From: Vulcanimicrobiota bacterium
GTDB taxonomy: Bacteria; Vulcanimicrobiota; Xenobia; Xenobiales; JADMJV01
Direction: 5' to 3'
Assembly (NCBI GenBank): GCA_050250895.1
Contig: JBFWNU010000001.1
Coordinates: forward strand, 3,584,149 to 3,648,148
Length of the DNA: 64,000 nucleotides
Shown: positions 19,861-29,676 of the stretch, in pieces
Position numbering within the stretch: position 1 is the stretch's first letter
How the letters are laid out: each line of letters starts with the position of its first letter
Program-made: the position numbers and the translations under genes
The notes under the pieces: generated by a model
The model's input: only the letters and a program-made list of their open reading frames with translations
Told to the model about the DNA's origin: nothing
Databases searched by the model: none

Positions 19861-20385
19861 ATGAGAGAACACCTACCATCCGGAAACGGAGACCATCGCT
19901 CGCGAAGCGAAATGTTGGGCGATTTAAAAGACGAGTCCATCCGCCAGGCCCGCAAGGCCGGCGAGAAACTCTCGGAAGAGGCTCGCCAGGCGGCTCGCCG
20001 CCTCAAGACTGGAGCGCGTCATCGGGCCGAGGACGGCAAGTCGGAATTAGTCGAGCAGATCCATCAGGTCGGGGGAGCCTTCAAGAAGGTGGCCCGCGAA
20101 CTGAGAACCCAGGAAAAGACCCGATTGGCGGCCTACGCTAGCGGGATGGGCGGGGTGCTCGACCGCACTGCCGATTACCTCGACGACCGCGAGTTGGAAG
20201 ACATTCTGGAGGCTGCCGAAGAGACGGTGCGAGCCCACCTGCCGGCCGTCTGCGCCGCGGCGGCCATCGGCGGTTTCGCGGCCGCCCGTTTCTTGCGCTC
20301 GACCCCGCGTCGGCGGCAATTGCCAGCCCTGCGAGACGACGGACTGATCCAGTCGCGTCTGCCCGCTGTGATCGAGGAGGTGTAA
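19861..20385 (+). CDS. Hypothetical stress-cluster protein with C-terminal membrane anchor
   Basis: GGAGG SD; ADYLDDRELEDILEAAEETVRAH...GFAAARFLRS; usual first gene before holin-X/DUF3618. Confidence 0.8.
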   Translation: MREHLPSGNGDHRSRSEMLGDLKDESIRQARKAGEKLSEEARQAARRLKTGARHRAEDGKSELVEQIHQVGGAFKKVARELRTQEKTRLAAYASGMGGVLDRTADYLDDRELEDILEAAEETVRAHLPAVCAAAAIGGFAAARFLRSTPRRRQLPALRDDGLIQSRLPAVIEEV

Positions 20386-20389
20386 GACG

Positions 20390-20797
20390 ATGAATGTCGT
20401 TGAGGAAAGACCGATGGTGGGCAACGGAGCCACTATCAAAAACACTGTCCATCGACTGACGCACGGCTTTTCAGAACTGGCCCGACAGGAGGTCGAGCTG
20501 GCCAAGGTCGAGCTGCGAGAAACCGCTCACGAGGTGGCTCGGGATTCGAGTCTGGCCGCCACCGGACTGGGTCTGGCCCTGGTCGGCCTGATGAGCCTGG
20601 TGGCCGCTGCCATCCTGGCTTTGAGCCTTCTGATGCCGGCCTGGGCAGCGGCCCTGATTATGGGGGTAGTGGTTCTGGCTATCGCCGGTATCGTATCGAA
20701 ACTGGGCGTCGACAAGCTAAAGAATGCCGACCTGGCGCCGCAGACCCTGCAGAGCATGCAAGAAAACAAGAGATGGTTAAAGGAGACAATTTCATGA
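20390..20797 (+). CDS. Phage-holin-family (holin-X/DUF1469-like) membrane protein
   Basis: LARQEVELAKVEL, two TMs with PAWAAALI, PQTLQSMQENKRWLKE; GGAGG SD. Confidence 0.88.
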   Translation: MNVVEERPMVGNGATIKNTVHRLTHGFSELARQEVELAKVELRETAHEVARDSSLAATGLGLALVGLMSLVAAAILALSLLMPAWAAALIMGVVVLAIAGIVSKLGVDKLKNADLAPQTLQSMQENKRWLKETIS

Positions 20798-21558
20798 AGA
20801 ACATGACCGAAACCCAAAAGATCCGCAGCGAGATCGAAGAAACTCGCCGCGACATCGGCGAAGCCGTAGATGAACTGCAACATCGCTTCGAACCCGAAAA
20901 CCTCAAGGCCGAAGCCAAATTGAAGATCGCCCAGATGAGCGACACGGCGTCTACGACGGCGCGCAACTTGCTGGATTCGACTTCGGCAGCCCTCGAAACC
21001 GGAGCGTCCAAAGGTGTGCGCGCCATTCGTCGCAATCCTGGTCCGGCGGTGCTGATCGGCCTGGGACTAGCCTGGTTGGCTTCAGGCCGTGGCCGCAATC
21101 GACAGAAGGCCGCCCTCGAGCATGCCAGAAACGCCGCCGAAGACGCAGTGGATCACGCTTCGGCGCAGGTCGCCCGCGTCAATGAGAAAGCCAAGAATCG
21201 GTTGGCTGACGCCTACGCCCGCTTTGAAGAAGTCGGCAGTGAGCGCCCCATGGCGGTGTTGGCCGGCTCGTTCGCGGTGGGCATCGGTCTGGGCATGCTG
21301 GTACCCATGACTCGCTCCGAAAGGGCCTGGATGGGGGAGACCCGCGAACGGCTAGCCGAGCAAGCGGTGGAGTTCGCCCATGACATCAAGGACGTGGCCA
21401 CCAATTCACTGACCGCCGCTTTCGACAAAGCTGTCGACGAGATGCGCCACAGCGACTTGCCTTCTGAATCGGCTGCCGAGGCCGAGCGGATCGCCCAGGC
21501 AGCGGTCGAAGAGGCTCAAGTCACAGCCGAACAAGAGATGGAACAGCGCGTCTCGTGA
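20794..21558 (+). CDS. DUF3618 domain protein
   Basis: IRSEIEETRRDIGEAVDELQHRFEP; RRNPGPAVLIGLGLAWL; LVPMTRSERAWMG. Confidence 0.85.
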   Translation: MKNMTETQKIRSEIEETRRDIGEAVDELQHRFEPENLKAEAKLKIAQMSDTASTTARNLLDSTSAALETGASKGVRAIRRNPGPAVLIGLGLAWLASGRGRNRQKAALEHARNAAEDAVDHASAQVARVNEKAKNRLADAYARFEEVGSERPMAVLAGSFAVGIGLGMLVPMTRSERAWMGETRERLAEQAVEFAHDIKDVATNSLTAAFDKAVDEMRHSDLPSESAAEAERIAQAAVEEAQVTAEQEMEQRVS

Positions 21559-22046
21559 ATTGGGAAGCCCTGCTGAGTAACATCGGGCACCCCATCTTGG
21601 CGGCACTGATCGTGCTGCCGATCGCTCTGGATAGGGAGCGCAAGACCCAGATCATGGGCTTGCGCACCTATCCATTGTTGGCCATGGGGGCTTGTTCTTA
21701 TGTATTGGTGGCCCTGACCTTCACCGGCGACTCGGTCGATGCCCGGGCTCGAATCATCCAGGGGCTACTGACCGGTATCGGCGTGTTCGGCGGAGGCGCC
21801 ATCCTCAAGGATGGCAACTCCGTCAAAGGGACAGCCTGTGCGGCCAGCGTCTGGATCACCGGAGCGGTGGGCACCGCCGTGGCCTTTCACGTCTACGAAT
21901 TGGCCGTGCTCCTGGGCATCGGTAACTTCGTCACCTTACGCCTCTTGGGCAGTGCCAAGGACTCGATCAATGGTGATGATGGAGGCGCTAACAGGACGGA
22001 TTCGGAGCCGAACGACGAGGAGGTCTCCCTGGATTTCTTACCTTGA
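21555..22046 (+). CDS. MgtC/SapB family membrane protein
   Basis: GLRTYPL, ARIIQGLLTGIGVFGGGAIL, VKGTACAASVW. Confidence 0.9.
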   Translation: MNWEALLSNIGHPILAALIVLPIALDRERKTQIMGLRTYPLLAMGACSYVLVALTFTGDSVDARARIIQGLLTGIGVFGGGAILKDGNSVKGTACAASVWITGAVGTAVAFHVYELAVLLGIGNFVTLRLLGSAKDSINGDDGGANRTDSEPNDEEVSLDFLP

Positions 22047-22739
22047 GAGGCTAGGTATCTTCTCGGGCTCCTCATCCGGGGTTTCTAGCAGATTCAAGCG
22101 ATAGGCAGTAATCACCGCGGTGGCCCGACACGAAGCCCCTAGCTTTCCGATCACGCTATGGGCGTATTTCTTGATGGTCGATTCGGCCAAGCAGAGCTGG
22201 TCGGCCAGTTCGCGATAGGGCACACCCGTCGCCATATACTCGAGGATTTCCAGTTCTCGTCTAGTGAGGCGGGCCCGATTACGACCGGGTCCGTCGGGTG
22301 GTTGCTGCACCCAGGGCAAGGCTCTGAGGACCCGCAACAACATGTCGCGTGGCACCTGAACGGTGCGTCCCCGCGCGGCCGCCTTCACGGCGGCGGTGAT
22401 CTCCTCGCCGGTGCTCTCCTTGAGCAGATAGCCTCGGGCTCCGGCTACCAGGGCTTCGACCAGGCTAGCCTCGTTGTCGGTGATGGTGAAGACCACGGTG
22501 GCCGCTTTGGGCCGCTCTTCGCGCAAGCGCCGAATCACTGCGGGACCACGCGCTCCTAGCGGATGAAGGTCGATCAGGATGACCTGGGCCCCATGGTTGT
22601 CGATGGCAGCGTAGGCGTCCGCGATGTCGCTACCTTCAGCGATCAGCTCCAGGCCATGTTCTGGAATGAGCAAGGCCCGCAGGCCCTCGCGAACGATCGG
22701 ATGGCTATCGATCAGTGCTACTCGTACATTGTCGTTCAT
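22038..22739 (-). CDS. NarL/FixJ (LuxR-type HTH) response regulator
   Basis: DSHPIVREG, ILID, GYLLK receiver motifs; LTRRELEIL...LCLAESTIKKY...KLG HTH. Confidence 0.93.
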   Translation of the reverse strand: MNDNVRVALIDSHPIVREGLRALLIPEHGLELIAEGSDIADAYAAIDNHGAQVILIDLHPLGARGPAVIRRLREERPKAATVVFTITDNEASLVEALVAGARGYLLKESTGEEITAAVKAAARGRTVQVPRDMLLRVLRALPWVQQPPDGPGRNRARLTRRELEILEYMATGVPYRELADQLCLAESTIKKYAHSVIGKLGASCRATAVITAYRLNLLETPDEEPEKIPSLSR

Positions 22740-22799
22740 TGGCTTTGGCCCCCTAAAATCGAGCCGGACATTGACGGCTCGAAGCTCGATTGTAGCAGT

Positions 22800-22811
22800 A
22801 TCCCGGGGGAT
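22800..22811. promoter_or_regulatory. ATMC-N4-GKAT box (ATCCCGGGGGAT) upstream of the NarL-type regulator
   Basis: 61 nt from ATG 22739; an additional 8-bp inverted repeat TCGAGCCG-N8-CGGCTCGA lies at 22759-22782. Confidence 0.5.
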
Positions 22812-22873
22812 GAGTGTAATAGTCGAGAGGGTGCCAGCGGGGCATCCTCATGGGGGGCATCCCTTGCGAAGAG

Positions 22874-23767
22874 CTAGTTGCGGGCGGCGCTTGGCTCTTT
22901 TTTCCTGCGGCCGTCACTGTCAGAAACCATGTGCATGGTGAGTTGGGGAAAGGGGATGGTGATGCCGGCCCGGTCGAACGCCTTTTTTACCCGCTTACGG
23001 TACTCGCGTCCGGTCCCCCATTGCTGCAGCGGCAAAGTGCGCAACCTGACTCGGATGACCATCGACGAGTCGGCCAACTCATTGAGGCCCATCAACTCGA
23101 GTTCGTCGATGACGATCTCTTTCCAGATTTCGTCCTGGCGCATCTCGGCGCCAACCTGCTTAAGGACTTCCTCGACCTTGTCGATGTCGCTGTCATAGGC
23201 GACGCCGATGTCGAGAACGGCCGCCGACCAGCCGTGGGTCGAGTTGGATAGTGTCTTGATCTCGCCGTTAGGGAAGACGTGCACCGTGCCGTCGAGGTCG
23301 CGCAAGACGGTGGTCCTGAAGTTGATGGCTTCGACAATTCCGCCTTTGCCATTGATGGTGGCGTGGTCGCCAATCGAGATCTGGTTCTCGAGGATGATGA
23401 AGATGCCCGCCAGAAAGTCGCGCACCAGGTTTTGGGCGCCGAAACCGATGGCCAGGCCGACCACCCCGGCCCCGGCCAGAATCGGGCGGATGTCGACTCC
23501 GATTTCGTCGAGAGCGACCACGGCGGTAATGGCCCAGATGAAGAGCAGCAATGCTTGCGTCACCATGCCTACCACGGTCTCGGCGCGCTGGGCCGCCCCG
23601 GGGCTGGCCCGGCGTTTTCGTTCTACAAACTTGGTCTTGAAGTGGGCTACGCCTTTTTGCACTCCGAGGACGGCCAGGCGGGCAATCAGGATGATAAGTA
23701 AGACCCGGGCGGCGGTCGCCAGCCAGGTGGTCCAATCGATTTTCGTCGCTATGAAAAAGTTGTCCAT
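22874..23767 (-). CDS. MscS family mechanosensitive channel (YbiO-like)
   Basis: ILAGAGVVGLAIGFGAQNLVRDFLAG, LENQISIGD, RDLDGTVHVFPNG, GITIPFPQ. Confidence 0.95.
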   Translation of the reverse strand: MDNFFIATKIDWTTWLATAARVLLIILIARLAVLGVQKGVAHFKTKFVERKRRASPGAAQRAETVVGMVTQALLLFIWAITAVVALDEIGVDIRPILAGAGVVGLAIGFGAQNLVRDFLAGIFIILENQISIGDHATINGKGGIVEAINFRTTVLRDLDGTVHVFPNGEIKTLSNSTHGWSAAVLDIGVAYDSDIDKVEEVLKQVGAEMRQDEIWKEIVIDELELMGLNELADSSMVIRVRLRTLPLQQWGTGREYRKRVKKAFDRAGITIPFPQLTMHMVSDSDGRRKKEPSAARN

Positions 23768-23826
23768 GCCGCCAGGCTAACCTCTCGCGCGAGACATCGC
23801 CTCGTTCAAGAGGAGATCGCGGATGC

Positions 23827-23838
23827 ATCCGAGGGGAT
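23827..23838. promoter_or_regulatory. ATMC-N4-GKAT box (ATCCGAGGGGAT) between divergent mscS and ligD-pol
   Basis: 60 nt from ATG 23767. Confidence 0.5.
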
Positions 23839-23886
23839 AGGGGTTGGTGTGTGTTTTCTCGCCGCCCCATGTGTCAAGATGACCGC

Positions 23887-24777
23887 ATGCCCGACCCGAT
23901 CGAAGGTGTCCAGCTCACCCACCCTGAGCGAGAACTCTACCCTGAAGCCGGTTTAACCAAGCTCGATGTGGCCCATTATTACCGCCAGGTCGGCGGCCGG
24001 ATCTTGCCGCACCTTCAGAGTCGGCCCCTCACTCTCTTGCGTTGCCCGGCCGGTCGAGAGCGGGACTGTTTCTACCAGAAGCACGACAGCAAAGGGATGC
24101 CTTCGGCCGTGCGAACGATCTCTATCGAGGAGAAGAGCGGGCGCGGCACTTACCTTTACATCGAAGAGGTGCAGGGCCTGATCGCCCTGGTGCAGATGGA
24201 CACGCTCGAGTTTCACCCGTGGGGAGCCCGAACCGACCGGCTGGAACGCCCTGACCGCATGGTGTTCGATCTCGATCCCGGCCCCCAGTTGGGTCTGGTC
24301 GATGTCAGTGGGGCAGCGTTGGCCGTCCGGGGCCTGCTCGAGGAACTCGAACTGCAGTCGTTTGTACGCTTATCCGGAGGGAAAGGGATTCACGTAGTGG
24401 CGCCGCTTCTGCGCAATCACGACTGGGATGAAGTGAAGACCTTCGCGCGCGGCGTGGCCGAGCGGCTGGCCCGAACCGAGCCCTCGCGCTACACCACCAA
24501 TCCTCGCAAGTCGGAACGTCAGGGACGAATCTTCGTGGACTATCTACGCAACAGCCGGGGAGCTACCTCGATCGCCAGCTATTCATGCCGGGCCCGAGCG
24601 GGGGGGCCGCTGGCCTGGCCCGTGAGTTGGAGCGAACTCGAAGACGGTACCGCCCGACCGAGAACGGTGTCCGACATCCTCGACCACGACCTACCCGAGG
24701 ATCCCTGGCAGGACTTTTTCACTCTGCGCCAGGCCCTGAAGAAGAGGGCCCGACGGCAGCTAGGGCGAGGGGCTTAG
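23887..24777 (+). CDS. Stand-alone LigD primase-polymerase domain protein (NHEJ)
   Basis: LTHPERELYP, TKLDVAHYY, FYQKH, PDRMVFDLDPG, SGGKGIHV, IFVDYLRN. Confidence 0.93.
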   Translation: MPDPIEGVQLTHPERELYPEAGLTKLDVAHYYRQVGGRILPHLQSRPLTLLRCPAGRERDCFYQKHDSKGMPSAVRTISIEEKSGRGTYLYIEEVQGLIALVQMDTLEFHPWGARTDRLERPDRMVFDLDPGPQLGLVDVSGAALAVRGLLEELELQSFVRLSGGKGIHVVAPLLRNHDWDEVKTFARGVAERLARTEPSRYTTNPRKSERQGRIFVDYLRNSRGATSIASYSCRARAGGPLAWPVSWSELEDGTARPRTVSDILDHDLPEDPWQDFFTLRQALKKRARRQLGRGA

Positions 24778-24909
24778 GGATGCCCCGAGCTACCGACCCT
24801 TTCGGAGTCTAAAGTGGAGAATCGCCGAAACGACAATCCTTCTGATAGAATAGCTGCGCGGCGCAAGTGGAACGCTAACGGAGCGTGGGCTAGGCTAAGT
24901 TCGGAGGAT

Positions 24910-25107
24910 ATGCACAATCCAATGATGATTTTTTCTAGTTTAGATACAGCCATCAAAGAGGGCTTTCACTGGCTTGAGTACCGCGCTGACCTCGGCGTGC
25001 ATCTGGTCGAGCGGGTCTTCATCAGAGTCGATGGCCAACTGACCCGGGCGCTGGCTCTGGCGAAGGCCGAGCGGATCCCCGAGCCCGCTTCATCGGCCAG
25101 CCGGTAA
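24910..25107 (+). CDS. Small hypothetical protein
   Basis: GGAGG upstream; plausible globular sequence IFSSLDTAIKEGFHWLEY...; start uncertain. Confidence 0.5.
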   Translation: MHNPMMIFSSLDTAIKEGFHWLEYRADLGVHLVERVFIRVDGQLTRALALAKAERIPEPASSASR

Positions 25108-25235
25108 CCTCTGCCGGAGGAGCGCGGTCGGTGGGTCGCGCCTTCTTTCTGCGATCGGATGGGTGGCCTGGCTACCAAGGAGTCTTACCAATCAGGCTTA
25201 CCTGCGGCAGGCTAGAGAAGAACGGAGGCAAGCAC

Positions 25236-25760
25236 ATGGCTAAGACAGAGAAGAAGATTTCCTGGTGGTCCGCCAGTATCGTTACCATACTTTTGCTGGC
25301 GGCCGGTGCGTTCGGCGTCTGGAAGTTGAATGGAGGCGCCGCGCCTTTTGAGAAGCAGGCCACCCAGCCGAACCCCGAGCAAGACCTGATGGTCCTCACC
25401 CAATATCCCGATCACTTCGTCGGCCAGCGGATTTCGTCGACGGCCCAGATCGAAGAGGTGGTGGACGAGCGCATGGTCTGGCTGACCGATGAGGTGGGTC
25501 GACAGCACGTGTTGGCAATCATCCTGCCGCTCGAGTCGCTTCGACCCGGTCAGGCCGTAACACTGCGCGGCACCCTTTATCGAGCTGACGACACTCACAC
25601 TTTGAACACCGATGGGCTCAGCGAAGAGGCACTCGCGCTCCTGCACCGCACCAAGTATTACATGCGGGTGGACGCTATTGCGCCGGTCGACGAGTCGGCC
25701 TCGGATTGGCGCGAGGATTCACCCCTGGAACCCGAGCGCGTGCCGCAGGTGGCCAACTAG
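25236..25760 (+). CDS. Membrane-anchored hypothetical protein (possible OB-fold)
   Basis: GGAGG SD; N-terminal TM; YPDHFVGQRISSTAQIEEV...GQAVTLRGTL. Confidence 0.7.
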   Translation: MAKTEKKISWWSASIVTILLLAAGAFGVWKLNGGAAPFEKQATQPNPEQDLMVLTQYPDHFVGQRISSTAQIEEVVDERMVWLTDEVGRQHVLAIILPLESLRPGQAVTLRGTLYRADDTHTLNTDGLSEEALALLHRTKYYMRVDAIAPVDESASDWREDSPLEPERVPQVAN

Positions 25761-26695
25761 CGCTGTCCCCCCAACATGCCCGTGGTGGTGTAGAAAGGCG
25801 CCCAAAAGGCAACCAGCGCCAGCGCTACCGGCAGGCCGAGCAAGAGCAGAGCCAGCGGCCGGCACAAGCGTTGGGCTTTCTCGGTGAGGTATTCTACCTC
25901 GGTCTCGAGGATGTTGGCCCCCAACAACAACTCGTCGGCCAGGTGGTGCTCGCTCGTGAGCGCCACCCGCACCACCGGGTCGAGCCCCAGCCCGGCACTG
26001 GCCCCAGCCAGGTCCAGGCCTCGCTCCATCAGCACCGAAAGCTGTTGGAACGGGGCGCTCTCGCCTGGTTCGAGCACGGCTTCGGCCAGGGGCAAAGACT
26101 CGTGCAGACTGCGACCGCCCGCGATCAAAGTGGCCATCGAACGCAGCCACAGACTCTGCTGAGCCTTGCGCCGAATGTGCGTCAACCAGGGCAACGCCGC
26201 GAGCACGCGGGCGCGGGCCTGCGTCCAGGTATGCAGCGCCGCCGTGGCCGCTGCCAGGGCGATGGCCGCGACTTGTAACCAGACCGCGTTCGGCGGCGAT
26301 AGATTGGCCGCCACCAACATCGGCCACACTACCACCGGCAGAATGTAGCCCAGCAGAAACACGAGCAGACAGACAATTCCGTCGAGCACCATCAGAGGAT
26401 AAGAAAGTGCCGCTACCAACCGGCGATCGAGCCGGTCCTTGAGTTCGAGCCAGTCAGAAAGGCTGCTCAGCACGGCCGCCGGCTCGGGGGTGCGTTCGGC
26501 CGTGGTCACCACCGCTCGGTAATACTCCGAGAATCGCTCGGGTTGGCGGGCCAGGGCCTGGCCCAGGGTGTCGCCCGAGGCCACCGCTTCGGCCAACTCA
26601 GGTTCACCCACCAGTCGAAGCGCTTCATCGAGCGGTTGACCCAATCGGCAGCTGATGGCCAGAAAGCGCGTGGCTTCTACCAATTGCAGGCTCAT
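25757..26695 (-). CDS. Type II secretion F (GspF/PilC) family protein, cassette B position 3
   Basis: RLGQPLDEAL, SGDTLGQALARQPERFS, AALSYP, second domain GRSLHESL...GLDLA; ATGA overlap. Confidence 0.85.
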   Translation of the reverse strand: MSLQLVEATRFLAISCRLGQPLDEALRLVGEPELAEAVASGDTLGQALARQPERFSEYYRAVVTTAERTPEPAAVLSSLSDWLELKDRLDRRLVAALSYPLMVLDGIVCLLVFLLGYILPVVVWPMLVAANLSPPNAVWLQVAAIALAAATAALHTWTQARARVLAALPWLTHIRRKAQQSLWLRSMATLIAGGRSLHESLPLAEAVLEPGESAPFQQLSVLMERGLDLAGASAGLGLDPVVRVALTSEHHLADELLLGANILETEVEYLTEKAQRLCRPLALLLLGLPVALALVAFWAPFYTTTGMLGGQR

Positions 26696-27411
26696 GGATG
26701 GATCCCCGGATAGGCCTGCCACCACAACAGGGCCACCAAAAGTCCCAGACCTACCAGCAACACGGGCTCGAGCCACCCCAACAGCCAACCCCAACCCCAG
26801 TCGGCCCGCCGCTCCAGCAGAGCGGCCACGCGACCGGCCGCTCCCGGCAGCCTCAGCAGTGGAGCCAGCGGATCGCGACCAAAGGCCTGCTCCAAGGTGG
26901 CTCCTCGCTCGAGTTGTTGGCAGACCATCCCAGCCTCGGTGCGCCACCGTTTGAGGCCGGCCCGTTCCCGGGCCAGTTTGGCCGCCGTCGGCAGCGGATA
27001 GCCCTGAGCCGTCAGCACCTCGAGCCAGATGAGAAAGTCGGCTTGCTCCCGCCAGGGTGGCATCGGGCGATACCAGAGCGCGAGCGGCACCAGGGCCAGA
27101 GTCATCCCGACCACCATCGTCCCCTGCCCTAAACCGAGCGCTAACAGGCTCCACAAAGCCAGCACCAAAAGGGGATAGGCTAGCTCGACCCCCAGCCGGC
27201 GGCCTCGCCCCCGAGCCATTTCGGCGCCGCGAGCGCGGGCCTCGAGGGTCGTCACCAGGTCGTCACTTTCGTGATCCAACCCCAGCACCTCGGCCACCGA
27301 GTCGCCTCGGGCCAGGCGCTCGGCCAGATCGGGGCGCGAGCAGGCGACGGCTTCGGGCAGGGTCAGTCCCTGACGCAGCCGGCGAGCGGTCTTGCGATCG
27401 AAATCGTTCAC
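26692..27411 (-). CDS. GspF/PilC family protein (compact, 239 aa), cassette B position 2
   Basis: QGLTLPEAV, ELAYP, QGYPLPTA, LERGATLEQAF, WLEPVLLV; GTGA overlap. Confidence 0.75.
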   Translation of the reverse strand: MNDFDRKTARRLRQGLTLPEAVACSRPDLAERLARGDSVAEVLGLDHESDDLVTTLEARARGAEMARGRGRRLGVELAYPLLVLALWSLLALGLGQGTMVVGMTLALVPLALWYRPMPPWREQADFLIWLEVLTAQGYPLPTAAKLARERAGLKRWRTEAGMVCQQLERGATLEQAFGRDPLAPLLRLPGAAGRVAALLERRADWGWGWLLGWLEPVLLVGLGLLVALLWWQAYPGIHP

Positions 27412-28913
27412 GGCAGCAAGAACTCTCCAAAGCCTACCGTCAGCACATGTTGATACGGCATGATACAGAGCACGCAAACCGCCAGAACCACCACGCCGGC
27501 GGCCACCGTCAGTCCGGTATCGACCTGTTCGCCCAGTCGAATGATGGCGTTTTCGTATTCTTCATTTTGCAGTCGTGAGGCCGCCTCGAGGGCCTCGGGC
27601 AGCTGGCCGCTGGCCTCGCCCGCCCGGATGAGAAAGTGGACGCGGGGGGGAAAGAACTCGGCGAATTCCTCCAGCAACTGGCTGATTCCCGAGCCCCGGT
27701 GGGCGGCCTTGCGCAGCTGGTCGGCCAGGCGGCGTTCTTCCAACGCCTGGCTGGCGATCTCGAGGGCAGCCGTGGTGGGAATACCCAAACGCAACAGGCC
27801 CGACAAGGTTCCCAACAACTGAGCTCGCTGTCCCAGGCGAGCCAGCCGGGCCGGAAAGAGCCGGGCCGAGATGGCCGTGAACAGCCGTCCGCGCACGTCA
27901 GGCAGAAACGCGAGCACCAGGAAGAGCACTGCCGCCATGGCCATGAGAAAGCCGTTCTCGAACAGTCCTTGCAGCCACAGCGAGGCTCTCACCGAGAGCG
28001 GCGATGGACCGGGTTGATCGTGGAGCATCGAGGCCAGCGGGGCCAGGGTATAGGTCATGTTGAAGGCCAGGATCAAGAAGGCCATCACCACCAGAGCCAG
28101 ATGGCGCACCGCCAGCATGGGGCGTTTGCGGCTTTCGAGGTGGGCCAGTTGCCGCAGGGCCGCCGGCAGCGAGGCCGAGTGGGTGAGTTCGAGCAGGCGG
28201 GGCCAATAGGACGGAAAGGTCACTCGCCTGCGCAAGGCCGTCGAGAGATGTTCGCCCCGGGCCACCGCCTGGCCGATATCGGCTAAGCCAAGGTTGTTCG
28301 AGATCCTGGCCAGCAGCGCGTTTTCTTCCAGGGTCACGCGAAGGTCCTCGAGCGCCTCGGCCAGACTCAAGCCCATCTCCAGGCGGCCGGCCAGTTCGGC
28401 CGCCAACAGCTCGCGGTCGAGCGACTGGCCCCGCGAGATCAACAGGTCGAGGTTGGCCCAGGCGATTTGCAGCGCGCCGGTGATGAGCGCCGTCAAGACC
28501 AGCGGACCCCAGATCAGTTCTCCCTCGTCATCGGGCACCAGCATGAGCAGCAGCACGAGCTGTACGACCAGGGCCAAAAACCAGTGGCCCACCAGCGCCA
28601 GCCGGCGACGCCACGGCGGATCCTCGTCGCGATAGGCGGCCAGCCAGCTGTGGATCAAGAGAAACCAGAGGGTCAGGATGACCATGCACAGGGCCACGGT
28701 CGAATCGAGGCCCGCGCTGACCAGACCGGCCAGCAGTACCATGGCGGCCACGGTCGGATTGGCCAGGCTATCGATGAAGCGTCGGGTCACCACCAGGGCG
28801 CCCAGGGCAAAAAGCCCGAAGAAGTAGCCCAGGGTCGGATTGGCGCCGTAGTTGAACCAGCAGAACAGATAGAACAGGCCCCAGCCGCGCACTAAAAAGA
28901 TGGGTCGCTTCAC
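27408..28913 (-). CDS. GspF/PilC family protein with extra N-terminal TM region, cassette B position 1
   Basis: LEMGLSLAEAL, RGEHLSTAL, GIPTTAAL, GEASGQLPEAL; about 170-aa hydrophobic N-terminal extension; GTGA overlap. Confidence 0.82.
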   Translation of the reverse strand: MKRPIFLVRGWGLFYLFCWFNYGANPTLGYFFGLFALGALVVTRRFIDSLANPTVAAMVLLAGLVSAGLDSTVALCMVILTLWFLLIHSWLAAYRDEDPPWRRRLALVGHWFLALVVQLVLLLMLVPDDEGELIWGPLVLTALITGALQIAWANLDLLISRGQSLDRELLAAELAGRLEMGLSLAEALEDLRVTLEENALLARISNNLGLADIGQAVARGEHLSTALRRRVTFPSYWPRLLELTHSASLPAALRQLAHLESRKRPMLAVRHLALVVMAFLILAFNMTYTLAPLASMLHDQPGPSPLSVRASLWLQGLFENGFLMAMAAVLFLVLAFLPDVRGRLFTAISARLFPARLARLGQRAQLLGTLSGLLRLGIPTTAALEIASQALEERRLADQLRKAAHRGSGISQLLEEFAEFFPPRVHFLIRAGEASGQLPEALEAASRLQNEEYENAIIRLGEQVDTGLTVAAGVVVLAVCVLCIMPYQHVLTVGFGEFLLP

Positions 28914-29254
28914 GGCCAGTTGGCCTCTCTTTGACAATGAGTCGAGCCGGCCTCGCCGACGCAGGTCAAGCGCCACCGTTTGCCGCCCAGCGGGATGGCC
29001 TCGACGGTGAAGCCCTGCCCCGGGGCGAGCCTGGGCGAGACGAACTGGCGGGCCGTGGTCCAGCGGCCAGTCGTGAGCATCTTGCGGGCGTAGGCGAGGC
29101 CCGACTCGGCCATCACCTCGGCTGCCTGAGCACGCTTGTGAGCTTCCACGGTACTTCTGGCCTGACCGGTATAGATGTGCAAGGTCAAGAAAAAGGTCAA
29201 ATAGACCACCGCCAGTTGCATCACCAGGATCAAGGAGAGGCCGCGTTTCTTCAC
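28910..29254 (-). CDS. PilX/GspK-like minor pilin (no Glu5), cassette B
   Basis: KKRG/LSLILV class III-like signal; AEVMAESGLAYA PilX-like motif. Confidence 0.72.
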   Translation of the reverse strand: MKKRGLSLILVMQLAVVYLTFFLTLHIYTGQARSTVEAHKRAQAAEVMAESGLAYARKMLTTGRWTTARQFVSPRLAPGQGFTVEAIPLGGKRWRLTCVGEAGSTHCQREANWP

Positions 29255-29676
29255 GGAGTGGCTCCCGAGTAGCGATAGGGCAGGCGCTGCCGGCAGGCCA
29301 GGTATTCGAGCTCGAGGGTCAACCAGGTCTGGCCGTGGCGCTTGACCACCGCGAATTCGCGGACGGGATAGGGGGTCAACGAGTGTTCACCGTGGCGGTC
29401 ACGAAGCAGCAGCTTCTGGTCTTGCCAGCGAAGGTGCGAGCCATCGGCAAAATTCAGACCGTGACAATCGGCATCGGCCCGGTGTTTGCCGGGCAGGGCC
29501 AGGCGGCCGTGGAGCCTGGCTACCAGGGCCCGCGACTCGGCGCGCACGTCGGCCTGAACGGTGGCGATGCGATGCTCGTTGAGGGTGGTGCACAGCGCGG
29601 CAAAGAGTGGTCCCGCCAGCGTGACGATCACTGCCAGCACCACTAGCAACTCGACCAGGGTGAAGGCTCGTCTCAC
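29251..29676 (-). CDS. Prepilin-type N-methylation domain protein (PilW/GspJ-like), cassette B
   Basis: MRRA/FTLVELLVVLAVI. Confidence 0.9.
   Translation of the reverse strand: MRRAFTLVELLVVLAVIVTLAGPLFAALCTTLNEHRIATVQADVRAESRALVARLHGRLALPGKHRADADCHGLNFADGSHLRWQDQKLLLRDRHGEHSLTPYPVREFAVVKRHGQTWLTLELEYLACRQRLPYRYSGATP

Noticed and set aside
20390-20797. Prophage lysis gene (holin)
   Set aside because: Holin-X/DUF3618 clusters are common chromosomal stress-associated genes; no phage genes, integrase or endolysin nearby.
23887-24777. Primase-polymerase of a mobile element or defence system
   Set aside because: Motifs match the stand-alone LigD polymerase family typical of stress clusters; no helicase, integrase or terminal repeats adjacent.
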